Origin: Piromyces finnis finn
Taxonomy: Eukaryota; Fungi; Neocallimastigomycota
DNA: 64,000 bases
NCBI GenBank assembly: GCA_002104945.1
Contig: MCFH01000060.1
Coordinates: forward strand, 259,602-323,601
Direction: 5' to 3'
Within the stretch, counting starts at the first letter, position 1, and each line of letters opens with the position of its first letter. The position numbers and the translations under genes were made by a program. Shown piece after piece: positions 1 through 11,978 of this stretch. The notes under the pieces are model-generated. The model was not told the DNA's origin. It did not search any database and was given only the letters and a program-made list of their open reading frames with translations.

Positions 1-1089
1 CCTTTTTACCACAAAAATTTTCATTTTCACCACCACCACGCCTGAAATTTCTACTGCCTGAATTTACCTCCTGACCAAAAGATTCGCAGGCATACAATGA
101 ATGGTTCATAAAAAAAATTTTTAATTAATTTCTGTGTGTCATTTGTTCCTTCACAAGCTAAAAAAAAGGTCAAAATTAATATATTACTCTATATATTATA
201 ATGTAATATGAATATATGATAAATTAATTATGGTATTATATTAATTATATTGTTTAATTATAATTTAATTATTTTACCAAAAAATTAATTTATTAAATAA
301 TAAAAATGACCTTTCATTAATTTATGGTAATAGAATATGTTCATATATTAGAATACATTATAATATATGAATAATGATGAAACTAAACTTTAAATTATAA
401 ATAACATAAATTTCAACCAATAAAATTTAAGTAAATGAATATCCATAAAAGTCATTTTTATAATCTATTAATAATCCAACATATTAACAATATATTCATA
501 ATAACTATACAATATATTACCAATAACTATGTGATATATTCATAATATATTAACAATACTAATGTAATAAACTAAATTTAAAAAGGTTAATTAATGCAAT
601 AATAATGACATGGCCTAAAGTGAATTATAATATAATTATATATATTGACTCAATATATTCTAATATATATAGAATTATTAATTCATAGATTATCAATTAA
701 AAGATAAATATAAACTGCCAATATATTACAAAATAAATTAGAATATAATAGAATAAAAACGAATATATATAAAAATAAATCAAAACATATATTAAATTTA
801 ATTCTTTAGAATGATAAAGAAGAAAAAGAATTTTTTGGTAGATGAAGGAAGGGAGGAAAGGAAAGGCAAAGGTGAAAAAAAGCCTAAAAATTTCTAGTCA
901 ATAAATCAATATATTTTAAATATAATCATAATAAATATAAAATTAAATAAAAATATATTTAATAATATATTAAAAAATAATTCATACATAATAAATAATA
1001 TATTAAATAATAAATTGAATAATATATGGAATTAGATTGTTGGCATTTTAAAAATGGTGAAATCATTCAAGTGATTAAAAAGAGTAAAG

Positions 1090-1400
1090 TGAATGAATAA
1101 ATAAATAAATAAGTAAATAAATATTAATGAATGAATGAACAAATAATAAATAAGTAAATGTGTTAATAAATATTAATGAATGAATAAATAATAAATAAGT
1201 AAATGTGTTAATAAATATTAATAAATGAATGAACAAATAATAAATAAGTAAATAGGTAAATAAATATTAATGAATGAATGAACAAATAATAAGTAAATTT
1301 ATAGTAATCTATAGGAATAAATATTAATGAATGAATAAATAATAAATTAAATAAATATTAATATTAAATATTAAATAAATAAATAATATATTATACTATA
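1090..1400. repeat. AT-rich degenerate minisatellite (AATAAATATTAATGAATGAAT.../AAATAAGTAAAT units)
   Basis: About 5-6 imperfect tandem copies of a ~40-60 bp unit are visible directly; boundaries approximate. Confidence 0.6.
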
Positions 1401-4059
1401 TTATATTAAATGATAATATTATTAATAAAAATATAATTATTAATAAATATTAATAAATATTGTAAATATTATTAAATATTAAAATTAATAATTATTAATA
1501 AATGATGATGCAATTTTTTATTTAATTTTTATGCTTTTTTTAATTTAAAAATTATTTTTCCTTTTTTTAGGCAGAACCAAAAAAAGTATTTATACACAAG
1601 AAAATCTTTTTTTTTTTTACTTACTTTTCTTAGCAAAATTATTTTTTTTCTTTTTATCAAAAGATTAAGCAACAAACAAAGCGGCTGATTTTTAATAAAT
1701 CAAACCAAAAAAAAGCTACAAAAAACAAAAGCAAAAAACAAGCAACAAAAGCAACAAACAAAGCAAAAAACAAAACAAAAAATATTTTTAAAAATTTATA
1801 ATATTAAATATTAATAACAATAAATTTAATAGTTTTAATAATAATAAATCCAAATAACAAAAAAAAACACAATACTCTTAAATAATAGTGCTATTGGATT
1901 TTTTTTTTTTTTTTTAACAAAAATAAAAGCAAAATATATTTTAGGATAAATTAGTAATATTAGAATTTTTTATATATATTTTATATTTTTTATTTTATAG
2001 TTTTAGCATTTTTTATATATTTTATAGTATTTTTTTTACTACTTAACGACATCATAATATATTTAGTAATATAGTAAAAAAAAAAAAAAGAAAAAGACAT
2101 TTACATTTTATAGTTTTAGATCAAATAGTATGTTATCATAGTTTTTAAACTATTTCTTTAATAATATAAATATAATTTATATATATACATATCTATATTT
2201 TTTATTAAAAAAAGTAATACCATTTTAATTTATGACTTGAAAAAATAATACTTTTCTTTTTTTTATATTATATCATAGAATAAACAATATTTTTATTAAA
2301 AATTATTTTTATTTAATTTATTTATTGGGCTTATAAAATCGTAAGTGTTCTTTTTTAATATGTTTCATACTCTTTTTTTTTTTTTAAAAAAAAAAAACAA
2401 CTAATTAAAAAAATTATATTTTCATATCTTTAAAGATTTCTATTTTTTTTTATGCAAGAAATTAGACAGAAATATTTGTAATAAACCCATAACAAAAAAA
2501 AAAAAAAAACAAAAAAAAAAAAAAACTTTACAAACCAAACCAAAAAAAAAACTAAATTTTAATAATAACTATGAATAATAACAATTGTTATCCTTTGAGA
2601 AATAAAAGAAATATTTTCATATAACAGTTAACTATTCTTTCCTAATACCAAAAGCGAAATTCATTAATAATATATTTACATCATAATAATATAATACAAA
2701 AAATAATAACGTTTTAGAACATATACTCATTAATTAATTATAAAATATTATCAATAAACTCAACAACGCTATAAATAATCCAAAAAAAAAACATTGTTTT
2801 TAAAAGAAGAACACAACTTAAAAGTTATTCTCATTTTTTTATAAAGGGTTGTTTCAACCATTGAAAAATACCTATTCAATTAGGCAATTTATTCACGCTA
2901 GCAAAAGAATTTTAAATATTGCATTCGCAACTATTTATAATCTTTGTTTCTTAATAAAAGTACTTTGTGTACTACAACTACATACCTAACCTAACTACAT
3001 CATTATTCGATATACTCTTAACTTAATTCAAAACATGCATAAATTAATTCACTAATATTTTTTTAATTTTTTCATAAAAAAATTTAACGCCTTTTTTTTT
3101 GTAAAAGTATACCTACAAAAATAATACTAATTTTTATAGTAAAACCAACGTTCAAAATATAAAAAGAGAAAAAATAAATAGTATATATATATTTTTCAAT
3201 ATATATATTTCTTTTAAGATAGCTATTATCTTTACATTTTTATACAACCATCAAATTAATCCTTATCAAAATTATCTAAATGATTTAACAAAAAAGATAA
3301 ATTTATTATAGTTTCATTAAAGAAAATTTTATATTCCTGAAACGAAGAAAGTCATTTTCAACTACGAAAAAGTAATTTTTGAAATCGAAATCATTTAATT
3401 GGAAAAATAACAAAAAAAAAAAAAAAAAAAAAGAGAAAAAACATTTTACACGATATATTTAAAAATCTATATACAAAAAAAAAAAAATTCTAGAAACAAT
3501 TTATTGTTTGGAAATAAAAAAAAGTTTTTAAAGGCCATCCTTTAATATCAACAAAGAATTCATTCATTGTACTATTAGATAACAAGAAAAATTATCTACT
3601 CAACTTGTATTTTTTATTATTTGTTCACGAAAGTGTGAAACTTTTAATAAAAATATTTAGCAGAAAAATAATTTATTTCAGTTGACAAATTTGTAACTTT
3701 TAAACCCGATTGCTCGTTTAAAAATTATATTTTGATCAATTCCATATAATTTATTAATTCGAAAAAAAAAGCGACAACTCACTTTTATTATTCAAGTATC
3801 TATTATTTTGTTTTAATTTTAAATAATTTTTTAAAATTTAAACAAATCAAAAAATAAAAAAAAATTTTTTTTGTAAATATAATCAATTTTTCAAAAAGAG
3901 AAAGTTTTTTAAAATATAATATCTTCAAGGTCAGTCCTACTGAAGAAGAAGAAAGAGATTTGTGAAGCAAAGGAAAATAAACCAAAAACCAAAAAACGAA
4001 AAAAAAAAATTGATTTATATCATAAAAACAACAAAATAAATAAAAAGACTTTATTCAAC

Positions 4060-7000
4060 ATGCCAGATAAAGATATCGATCCTGAACATTTATTAGGAAA
4101 AGTACTTCCATTCTCCGGAGGTTTAAAACTTGAAAGTATTTTAGGATATGGTTCATTTGCCACGGTATACAAAGCAGTGAACAAGGAAGGTCATGTTTTT
4201 GCCGTTAAATGGCTTAATAAAATTGGAATGACGGAAAAAGAAAAAACACTTCAAAAGGATGAAGTCATGTACATGAAAATGCTTGGTGATCATAAAAATA
4301 TCATTCGTCTTTACGATGTCATTGAAACAAGTGAATCCCTTTTTCTAATTTTAGAGTGTTGTACCACCGATTTATACGAACTTATCACACAGTCTGAAAA
4401 GCAGTTGGAAATACCACGTGTCAAACGTTATTTTAATGAATTGTGTGATGGCGTTAGCCATTGTCACAACAATCATATCTTTCATCGTGATTTAAAGCCA
4501 GAAAATATTCTTTTATCTGAAGATGATCATTGTAAGATTTCAGATTTTGGCTTGTGTTGTTTCGATGAATGGACCAATGATTTCAACTGTGGTAGTTTAA
4601 GATACATGTCTCCTGAATGTATTGAAAATGAAGATGACTATGATGATGAAGATGACTATGAAGATGATGATGACTATGATGATTATGACGATAACTACTA
4701 TGGTGGTAGAAGAAAAAGAAAAAATGAAAGAGATGGATTAGAATGTAATTCAAAAGGTAGTGATGTCTGGGCCTTAGGAGTTATTCTTATCAATATGATT
4801 TTTGGTCAAAATCCATGGTCATCTGCTGATATGGAAAATCCAACGTTTAACATGTTCATTTGTCAGGATTCTAATGTCCTACAGAGAAAGTTGGGTCTTT
4901 CTGATCAATTTAACCGTATTGTTAAACGTATGTTCTCCAAAAATGTCTATGATCGTTATAGTTTAGAGGAGCTTCGTGCTGAAGTTAATCGTATTGATGT
5001 CTTTGCCGATTTCAGTAAGAGAGTCAGTAATTATCTTGGTGTTGATGAAGACTTTACCAATACCTCCGATATCGTTTCTGATGAAAACAAGGAAGAGGAA
5101 GACGATGGTAGTCAATACGATAATTATGATGACTATGATGATTGGTATCAAGAAGATATTTATGATGATCAACGTGATCATGCTGTCGTTCCAGATATCG
5201 ATACATTAGAATTAGAAAATGAAAATGGAGAACCAGAACCTTTTGATTATTCATTCAATTACAAGAGTAATGTTCCTGCTATTGGATCTTGGGGGGATGA
5301 CTTTGATGATGAAGACATGGCCACTGAATTAACACCAAGAGTCATGGATACTATGGAAGAAGAAGAAGAAGAAAATTATACCTCTACTTCCAACAAGATA
5401 AAATCTTATATCAACCCATCCTATCATGATACCTCTATTCCTATGAGTTGGGAGAATCGTGATGATACCAATGATTCTACTACTATCAAAGAAAATAGAA
5501 ACGAATCCATTGAATGGGAAAAGGTAGAACAACACGAGAGTAAGAACAACATGTCCATTTTTGACTATGCCTACTCCAAAGATAAAATGAATGAATGGAG
5601 AAAGGAAGATGAAGAAGATCAAACCGAAAGTGAAGAAAGTTTAACCACCCCTACCATTGAAAAAATTCATTCTTTCAGTCATAATAAGCTATTTGAAGCT
5701 GCCATAAGAAAGAATGCCAGTGGTGGAAACAAACAACATGGTCTTGTCAATAAAAAGTCGGTTCAACTTCGTTGGGAAGATCTTTTTGATTCTGATGAAG
5801 ATCAAAAGAATGAAGAAACCCGTGGTATAAACGATTCTATCACATCTTCACAGAACGATGAAGAGGAACGTCCAAAGAATAGATTCCAAATTAGTGAACA
5901 AGTTCTTCCAAGTTCATGGAATTACCAACAAGGTTTGAGTTGGGGTGATATGATGGATGATGAAGATGAAATTATTCCATCTAAACCTCAACCTGAAGTT
6001 GTCTTGGCCCAACCACCAAATAAAGCAAAACCAAAGCAAAAACCAAAGCAAATTAAAACAGCCTTTACCAAGGAAAGTAATGAAAATTTATTCAAGAAAG
6101 AAAAAGTTCCAGTATCTTCAGAAGTTTTCTCCATGACCACTCCTTCTCTTCTTACCAATGGTATGCAAAAGAAATTCAAGGAGATTACCAAAAAGAATCA
6201 TAAAGAAAAGAAATCTCAAAATTCCAAGAGTAAACGTAAGAATTCCAAGGAAGCAACAGCAACAACATCAACAGCTGTTTCAGTTGTAGTAAAAGATAAG
6301 GAAACACGTCGTCATCATAAATCAAAGAAAGAAAGTCGAGAAAAAGAAGAGGAAAGAAGTTCAGGCGCCGATGCCATCAAGATCAAATTATCAAAACACA
6401 AGCATCACCATAACCATTCAAAAACCACATCCACCGAGAAATCGATTGGTAAAAGTAAAAAATCATCGACCAAACATAGTCATAAATCCAACAAATCAGA
6501 TAAAATTGATGCCACTTCCTACCATCCTTTATTCACGGTCGATACATTGACCGTTCCCCAAATCGGCTATTCCTCTGAAACTGTCGATGACATGTCCAGT
6601 AGTACCGCAAATGTTACCTCTGAAATGCATCGTAAGAACAAGAGTAAAAGCAAGAATAAAAATAAAAACAATAGTAAACATCATCATAAACATGATCATA
6701 AACATAAATCTACCACTTCCTCCAAACAAAATCAACCAAAGTCCACCACTTCTCATGTCAATCCTCCACCGACATCTGTACAATTAGATTGGGAAGATTT
6801 ATTTAGTAGTGATGGAGAGGAAAAGACAACCACAACCAAAACAGAATCTATCAAGATAAATAACAAAAGCTTTACCCAAGATGAGGCTATCGAAGCGGAA
6901 GATGAACTCTTTAACCTTTCTAATAATATTAAAGCCCTTGATATTGGAAATGAAAAGGTGAATCAAAATACCTCTTCTACTGTAAATAAAATGGTAGATT

Positions 7001-7062
7001 CTGCTATTTCCGTGAGTGAAACCAATTTATCAAAAGAAATAAAAAATTTAAATTTACATTAA
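4060..7062 (+). CDS. Ser/Thr protein kinase, Ran1/Pat1/Sks1-like, with long acidic and Lys/His-rich disordered C-terminal tail (1000 aa, intronless)
   Basis: Kinase motifs LGYGSFATVY, AVK, HRDLKPEN, DFG, CGSLRYMSPEC and DVWALGVILINMIFGQNPW. The xGSxxYMSPEC and GxNPW..A..D/N.TF pattern is typical of the Ran1/Pat1/Sks1/Vhs1 group. Confidence 0.9.
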   Translation: MPDKDIDPEHLLGKVLPFSGGLKLESILGYGSFATVYKAVNKEGHVFAVKWLNKIGMTEKEKTLQKDEVMYMKMLGDHKNIIRLYDVIETSESLFLILECCTTDLYELITQSEKQLEIPRVKRYFNELCDGVSHCHNNHIFHRDLKPENILLSEDDHCKISDFGLCCFDEWTNDFNCGSLRYMSPECIENEDDYDDEDDYEDDDDYDDYDDNYYGGRRKRKNERDGLECNSKGSDVWALGVILINMIFGQNPWSSADMENPTFNMFICQDSNVLQRKLGLSDQFNRIVKRMFSKNVYDRYSLEELRAEVNRIDVFADFSKRVSNYLGVDEDFTNTSDIVSDENKEEEDDGSQYDNYDDYDDWYQEDIYDDQRDHAVVPDIDTLELENENGEPEPFDYSFNYKSNVPAIGSWGDDFDDEDMATELTPRVMDTMEEEEEENYTSTSNKIKSYINPSYHDTSIPMSWENRDDTNDSTTIKENRNESIEWEKVEQHESKNNMSIFDYAYSKDKMNEWRKEDEEDQTESEESLTTPTIEKIHSFSHNKLFEAAIRKNASGGNKQHGLVNKKSVQLRWEDLFDSDEDQKNEETRGINDSITSSQNDEEERPKNRFQISEQVLPSSWNYQQGLSWGDMMDDEDEIIPSKPQPEVVLAQPPNKAKPKQKPKQIKTAFTKESNENLFKKEKVPVSSEVFSMTTPSLLTNGMQKKFKEITKKNHKEKKSQNSKSKRKNSKEATATTSTAVSVVVKDKETRRHHKSKKESREKEEERSSGADAIKIKLSKHKHHHNHSKTTSTEKSIGKSKKSSTKHSHKSNKSDKIDATSYHPLFTVDTLTVPQIGYSSETVDDMSSSTANVTSEMHRKNKSKSKNKNKNNSKHHHKHDHKHKSTTSSKQNQPKSTTSHVNPPPTSVQLDWEDLFSSDGEEKTTTTKTESIKINNKSFTQDEAIEAEDELFNLSNNIKALDIGNEKVNQNTSSTVNKMVDSAISVSETNLSKEIKNLNLH

Positions 7063-7544
7063 AAATTTTATAGAATTCTTTCACATCCGTTATTCTTTTT
7101 TTCATCTCTAACATTAGATGAAATGATCCTTTTTTTTTTTTTGGTTTTATATTATAAAAAAAAAAAAAAAGATGGTAATCATGAAAAAAATTTTTATTTC
7201 AATTGAAAAAATGGTTTTTTTTTCTACAAAAAATTTTAATAGTAAAAAATAAAAAAAATGTAAAAAAAAAAAAAAAAAAATTATTAACATTCTTTAGAAA
7301 AAAAAAAATAATTTTTTTTTTTTTTTTAAATAAAACGCAATAAAACAAAATAAAAAAAAAAAAGTTTAAAAAGTAAAGGAGTGTTTCTAGGTTTAAGGTG
7401 TGAGTGTTTGTGTTTTATCAGGCGGTAAGAGTTGAATGTATGTAGGTGGTGGGTGTGGGGGTGTGATGAATTTTGTAGTAGACTATATTTATTGTTTATT
7501 TCTAATCCATTTTAAATTAATAAAGTCTTGATATTTTATTAAAT

Positions 7545-8522
<978 letters not shown>

Positions 8523-8624
8523 CTATTAACACTTTTTTTTTTTTTTAATTATTATTTTTAATTTTGTTTTTTTATTAATAAAATTTAAAAATATTTGATA
8601 CCGTTAAAAAAAAAATAATAATTA

Positions 8625-8724
8625 TTCAAGCTTGCAAACAGGTTCAAAATGAACATCTGGGGAGGTAACAACTTCTTCGGTATTCTTAGTAGCGTCAATC
8701 ATTTTCAATCAATAACAATCTTTA
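8625..8724 (-). pseudogene. Spliced (intron-less) 5' fragment of the RanBP1/YRB1 mRNA
   Basis: About 100 nt matching 5'UTR + exon 1 (22002-22019) joined precisely to exon 2 (21650 onward) of the gene 13 kb away. The 351-nt intron 1 is absent and there are 6 substitutions. Confidence 0.85.
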
Positions 8725-8926
8725 GAAAAAAAAAAAAAATTCATGACATGTTTAGTTGTACTTTGCTGACAAGTTGATACAAGAAATTTTTAATATTTCT
8801 TTTCTTTTAAATATATATATTCAAACATTATTATGTCATTTCGATACACGTATTAGACTTATCATCGATAATATTATAACATATTTGGACAAATGACATT
8901 TTGGTTTACCATTGAACTATCTAACT

Positions 8927-8989
8927 AAACAAACAAACAAACAAACAAACAAACAAACAAACAAACAAACAAACAAACAAAAAAACAAA

Positions 8990-9072
<83 letters not shown>

Positions 9073-9073
9073 A
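8927..9073. repeat. Compound (AAAC)n-(AAAT)n microsatellite
   Basis: Directly visible tandem tetranucleotide runs. Confidence 0.95.
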
Positions 9074-9394
9074 TATATTTAAAATGTTTTTATTTTTCTT
9101 TATTTTAAGGTTAATGTAGTACAGGTCACAAAACTAGGTTGTGGTGACTTTTTTTGATATTTTAATTTTTCTTATATAAACTTGTTAATTTTTTTTTTTC
9201 TTAAAAAAACATAACAAGCAAATTAAACAATTAAATATTTTTGTAATTGTTTAATTACTCTATTTGTATTTTGTATTTTATTTTGTATTATTTGTATTTC
9301 TTTTATATTTGAAATTTGTATTATTTGTAATTTTATATTATTTTTACTTTTTTTTTTTTTTAATTTTAAAGACAGCAAAACATTTATTTTTTTT

Positions 9395-10081
9395 TTAATA
9401 AAATAATATTAATAATAATAAAGAAGCCATTAATAAAATACTATTAACTTTAACAGTATAGGCATTGCTAGTCATAATATGTCTAGATTTACATTCATCG
9501 GACTCTAATTTAGAAATCATCAAATCTATTGCTTTAATTTCTTGGTATGAAAATTTTTCCTCCATAAATGATAAATTTTCAATAGCTCCTATTGATTCTA
9601 GATTAAAACGCTTAGCACGTTCAACTAAATCGTCAGTGCATTTTTCAGAGTAACATGTATCATCTATAGCCATTTCTCCACCAGTATGTGTTAGTACATG
9701 TAAGGAATAAGGACATAAATTACCTTTTTCATCAAAAAAACATTTAAAAGATAAAGAATTTATGACTTGTTTAAATACAATTGGTTGAATAAATTCTTTA
9801 AACATAGAATTTTTACTACAAATAGGGAATTGTTTAGTTAAATCAGATTCATAAAAACGTTGACATTTTTCAGAATACATGTCTTCACATTTTCTTTTAT
9901 AATTGCTCAAATCAATTTTTGGCATGCATCTACCTAAATCAGAATTTTTTAATTCAATAGCACATTCTTCAGAAGCAATTTCTTCATTTTCAATAGTGGT
10001 ATCATCTCTTTTGAAAATAACAGAACTGGCCAAAGAAGTAATAGTAAATAATAAAATAGTATAAAATTTAATAATATTCAT
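9395..10081 (-). CDS. Secreted, probably GPI-anchored Cys-rich protein (228 aa)
   Basis: N-terminal signal-peptide-like segment ending near ASS-VIFKR, about 10 Cys, and a C-terminal SNA followed by a hydrophobic tail (ILLMASLLLLILFY). No recognisable catalytic domain. Confidence 0.75.
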   Translation of the reverse strand: MNIIKFYTILLFTITSLASSVIFKRDDTTIENEEIASEECAIELKNSDLGRCMPKIDLSNYKRKCEDMYSEKCQRFYESDLTKQFPICSKNSMFKEFIQPIVFKQVINSLSFKCFFDEKGNLCPYSLHVLTHTGGEMAIDDTCYSEKCTDDLVERAKRFNLESIGAIENLSFMEEKFSYQEIKAIDLMISKLESDECKSRHIMTSNAYTVKVNSILLMASLLLLILFY

Positions 10082-10799
10082 TTTAATTTATTAAACTATT
10101 TTATTATTATTATTAAAAGAAGCTACTATTATTATTAAATTATTAAATAGAATTAGTTTTATAATTATTAAATTTAGAATTTTTATTTTTTTTTTTTTTT
10201 TAATATATAGAAAAAAAAAAAAAGTTCACTAATCAAATTTTTTACCAGAAAAAAAAAAAAAAACCAATAGATGAAATATTTACCTTACCACATCCATGAG
10301 ATTAAAAATAAAATTTGACCTTTTAAGCGGTATATATGATGAGCACATTTATAAAAATATAATTTTATATTGAATTAACCTTATTGTAAAAGTGTCAGTC
10401 AATAAAAAGGTATAAACTTTTTCAGTCATAAGATTATTGTTGTTAATAATTATAACATTCCCTGACTTATTGGAGTTTTTTTTTTTTTTTGAAAAAATTA
10501 TTAGTGTATTCCTTTTTTAATTTTTTATAACCAAAAAAAATAATTAAATAAAAGTTGTCTTTGATATTCATATTGTACATGTTGTATATATATTTTTTAA
10601 AATTTATTATTGTGTGCACTTTGCTTTAGTTTTGTGGTATATAATTGCTGGTAATAAGAATAATCTTGAGTATAATAAAAATTAAAAAAATTACAAAAAA
10701 GTGAAATTTTAGAAAAAATTCTGGTTAAGAGTCTGGTAAGGGTCGAATTTCTTCTGGCTAAAAAGTCTGACTAAAATCTAGGATAAATGCTAATTTTTA

Positions 10800-11510
10800 A
10801 AGTATTTGAAAGAATACAATTTATTATAATGAAGGTGATTTCGAGCCAGAGGATATTAAATTATTAAAAATGGAAAATAATAATTTCAAGAGATTTTTAT
10901 TACTTTAATGAAAAAGGAAAAAAAAACAATAGAAGCGCTAGAAAAAATTTTAAAAAAAAAGAATTGTTTGAAAACTATAAAAATGAAATTATAGATTTAT
11001 TATTAAGTTTTAGAGGCCAATATAAATATAATTAAAGAGTTTCAGTAATAAATAAAAATATCTATGTTTATCATAAAAAGGATGTAATAGAAATTATAAA
11101 ATCATTAGTTGATAAAGGTATTAATATTAGAAGATTTATTGAATTTTTATTTTAAAAGTAAATATTAATGATGATACATTATTACATATTGCTTCTAAAC
11201 CATACCTATTTTAAAACACTTACGAGTATGAAAATAACAATAGAATATTTAATAAAAAAAAAAAAAAAAATAGGCACTAATGTAAATAATAAAGGTGAAA
11301 CCTGTATTGTTCATTTTTCTATTATTACACTAAAGTAATATTAATGTATACCTAATCCTCCAGAAAATCTAGGATAAATACTAATTCATCTTGTAAAAAA
11401 AAAAAAAAAAAATTGCAAACAAATAAAAAATGAAGTACTATTATGAAAGAGAAGAAATGTCTATATAAAATGTTAATTGATTATAATGCAGATATAAAAT
11501 AAACAAGATG
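10800..11510 (+). pseudogene. Degraded ankyrin-repeat gene remnant
   Basis: Broken in-frame fragments IIKSLVDKGINI (~11095), DDTLLHIASK (~11169), IEYLIK..GTNVNNKGETCI (~11240-11310) and KMLIDYNADIK (~11468), separated by stops and frameshifts. Confidence 0.55.
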
Positions 11511-11699
11511 TTAGTATAGAAATAATCAAAGAATGAATGTAAGGACAACCTCACAGAAAATGATTATATTTATGATCATCAATTACACACTTTCGCTTTA
11601 TGATAATAATAAAAAATTTTTTTTTTATTTTATTTTTTTCCCTCTTCTTTAAAAATGAAAATATTTTAAATATCTACATTAATGCCTAGTATTTTATTT

Positions 11700-11747
<48 letters not shown>

Positions 11748-11978
11748 AATAATAAATGACCATTAAAAATGTATATTTGAGAAGGAGGAATAAAATAGGT
11801 GTTGCTATTTTTTAAAAAGATAATTTTTTTTTACCTTTTTTAGATAATCAATAGTTAATACTTTTTTATAAATATAAAAAAAAAAAAGAAAAAATTTAAA
11901 GATATTCAATTTTTATTAGATGAAATATTGTTTGGTATTGTAATATCCTTTTGTAGGATTAAAAAAAAAATAAACTTT

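Noticed and set aside
1-4000. Coding or RNA genes in the first 4 kb and in 22.9-25.5 kb
   Set aside because: Only homopolymer-rich AT sequence and short low-complexity ORFs; no supportable motif.
4963-6787. Short ORFs overlapping the kinase, PDS5 tail, CBM18 gene and retrotransposon ORFs in other frames or strands
   Set aside because: Shadow ORFs of biased coding sequence with no independent motifs.
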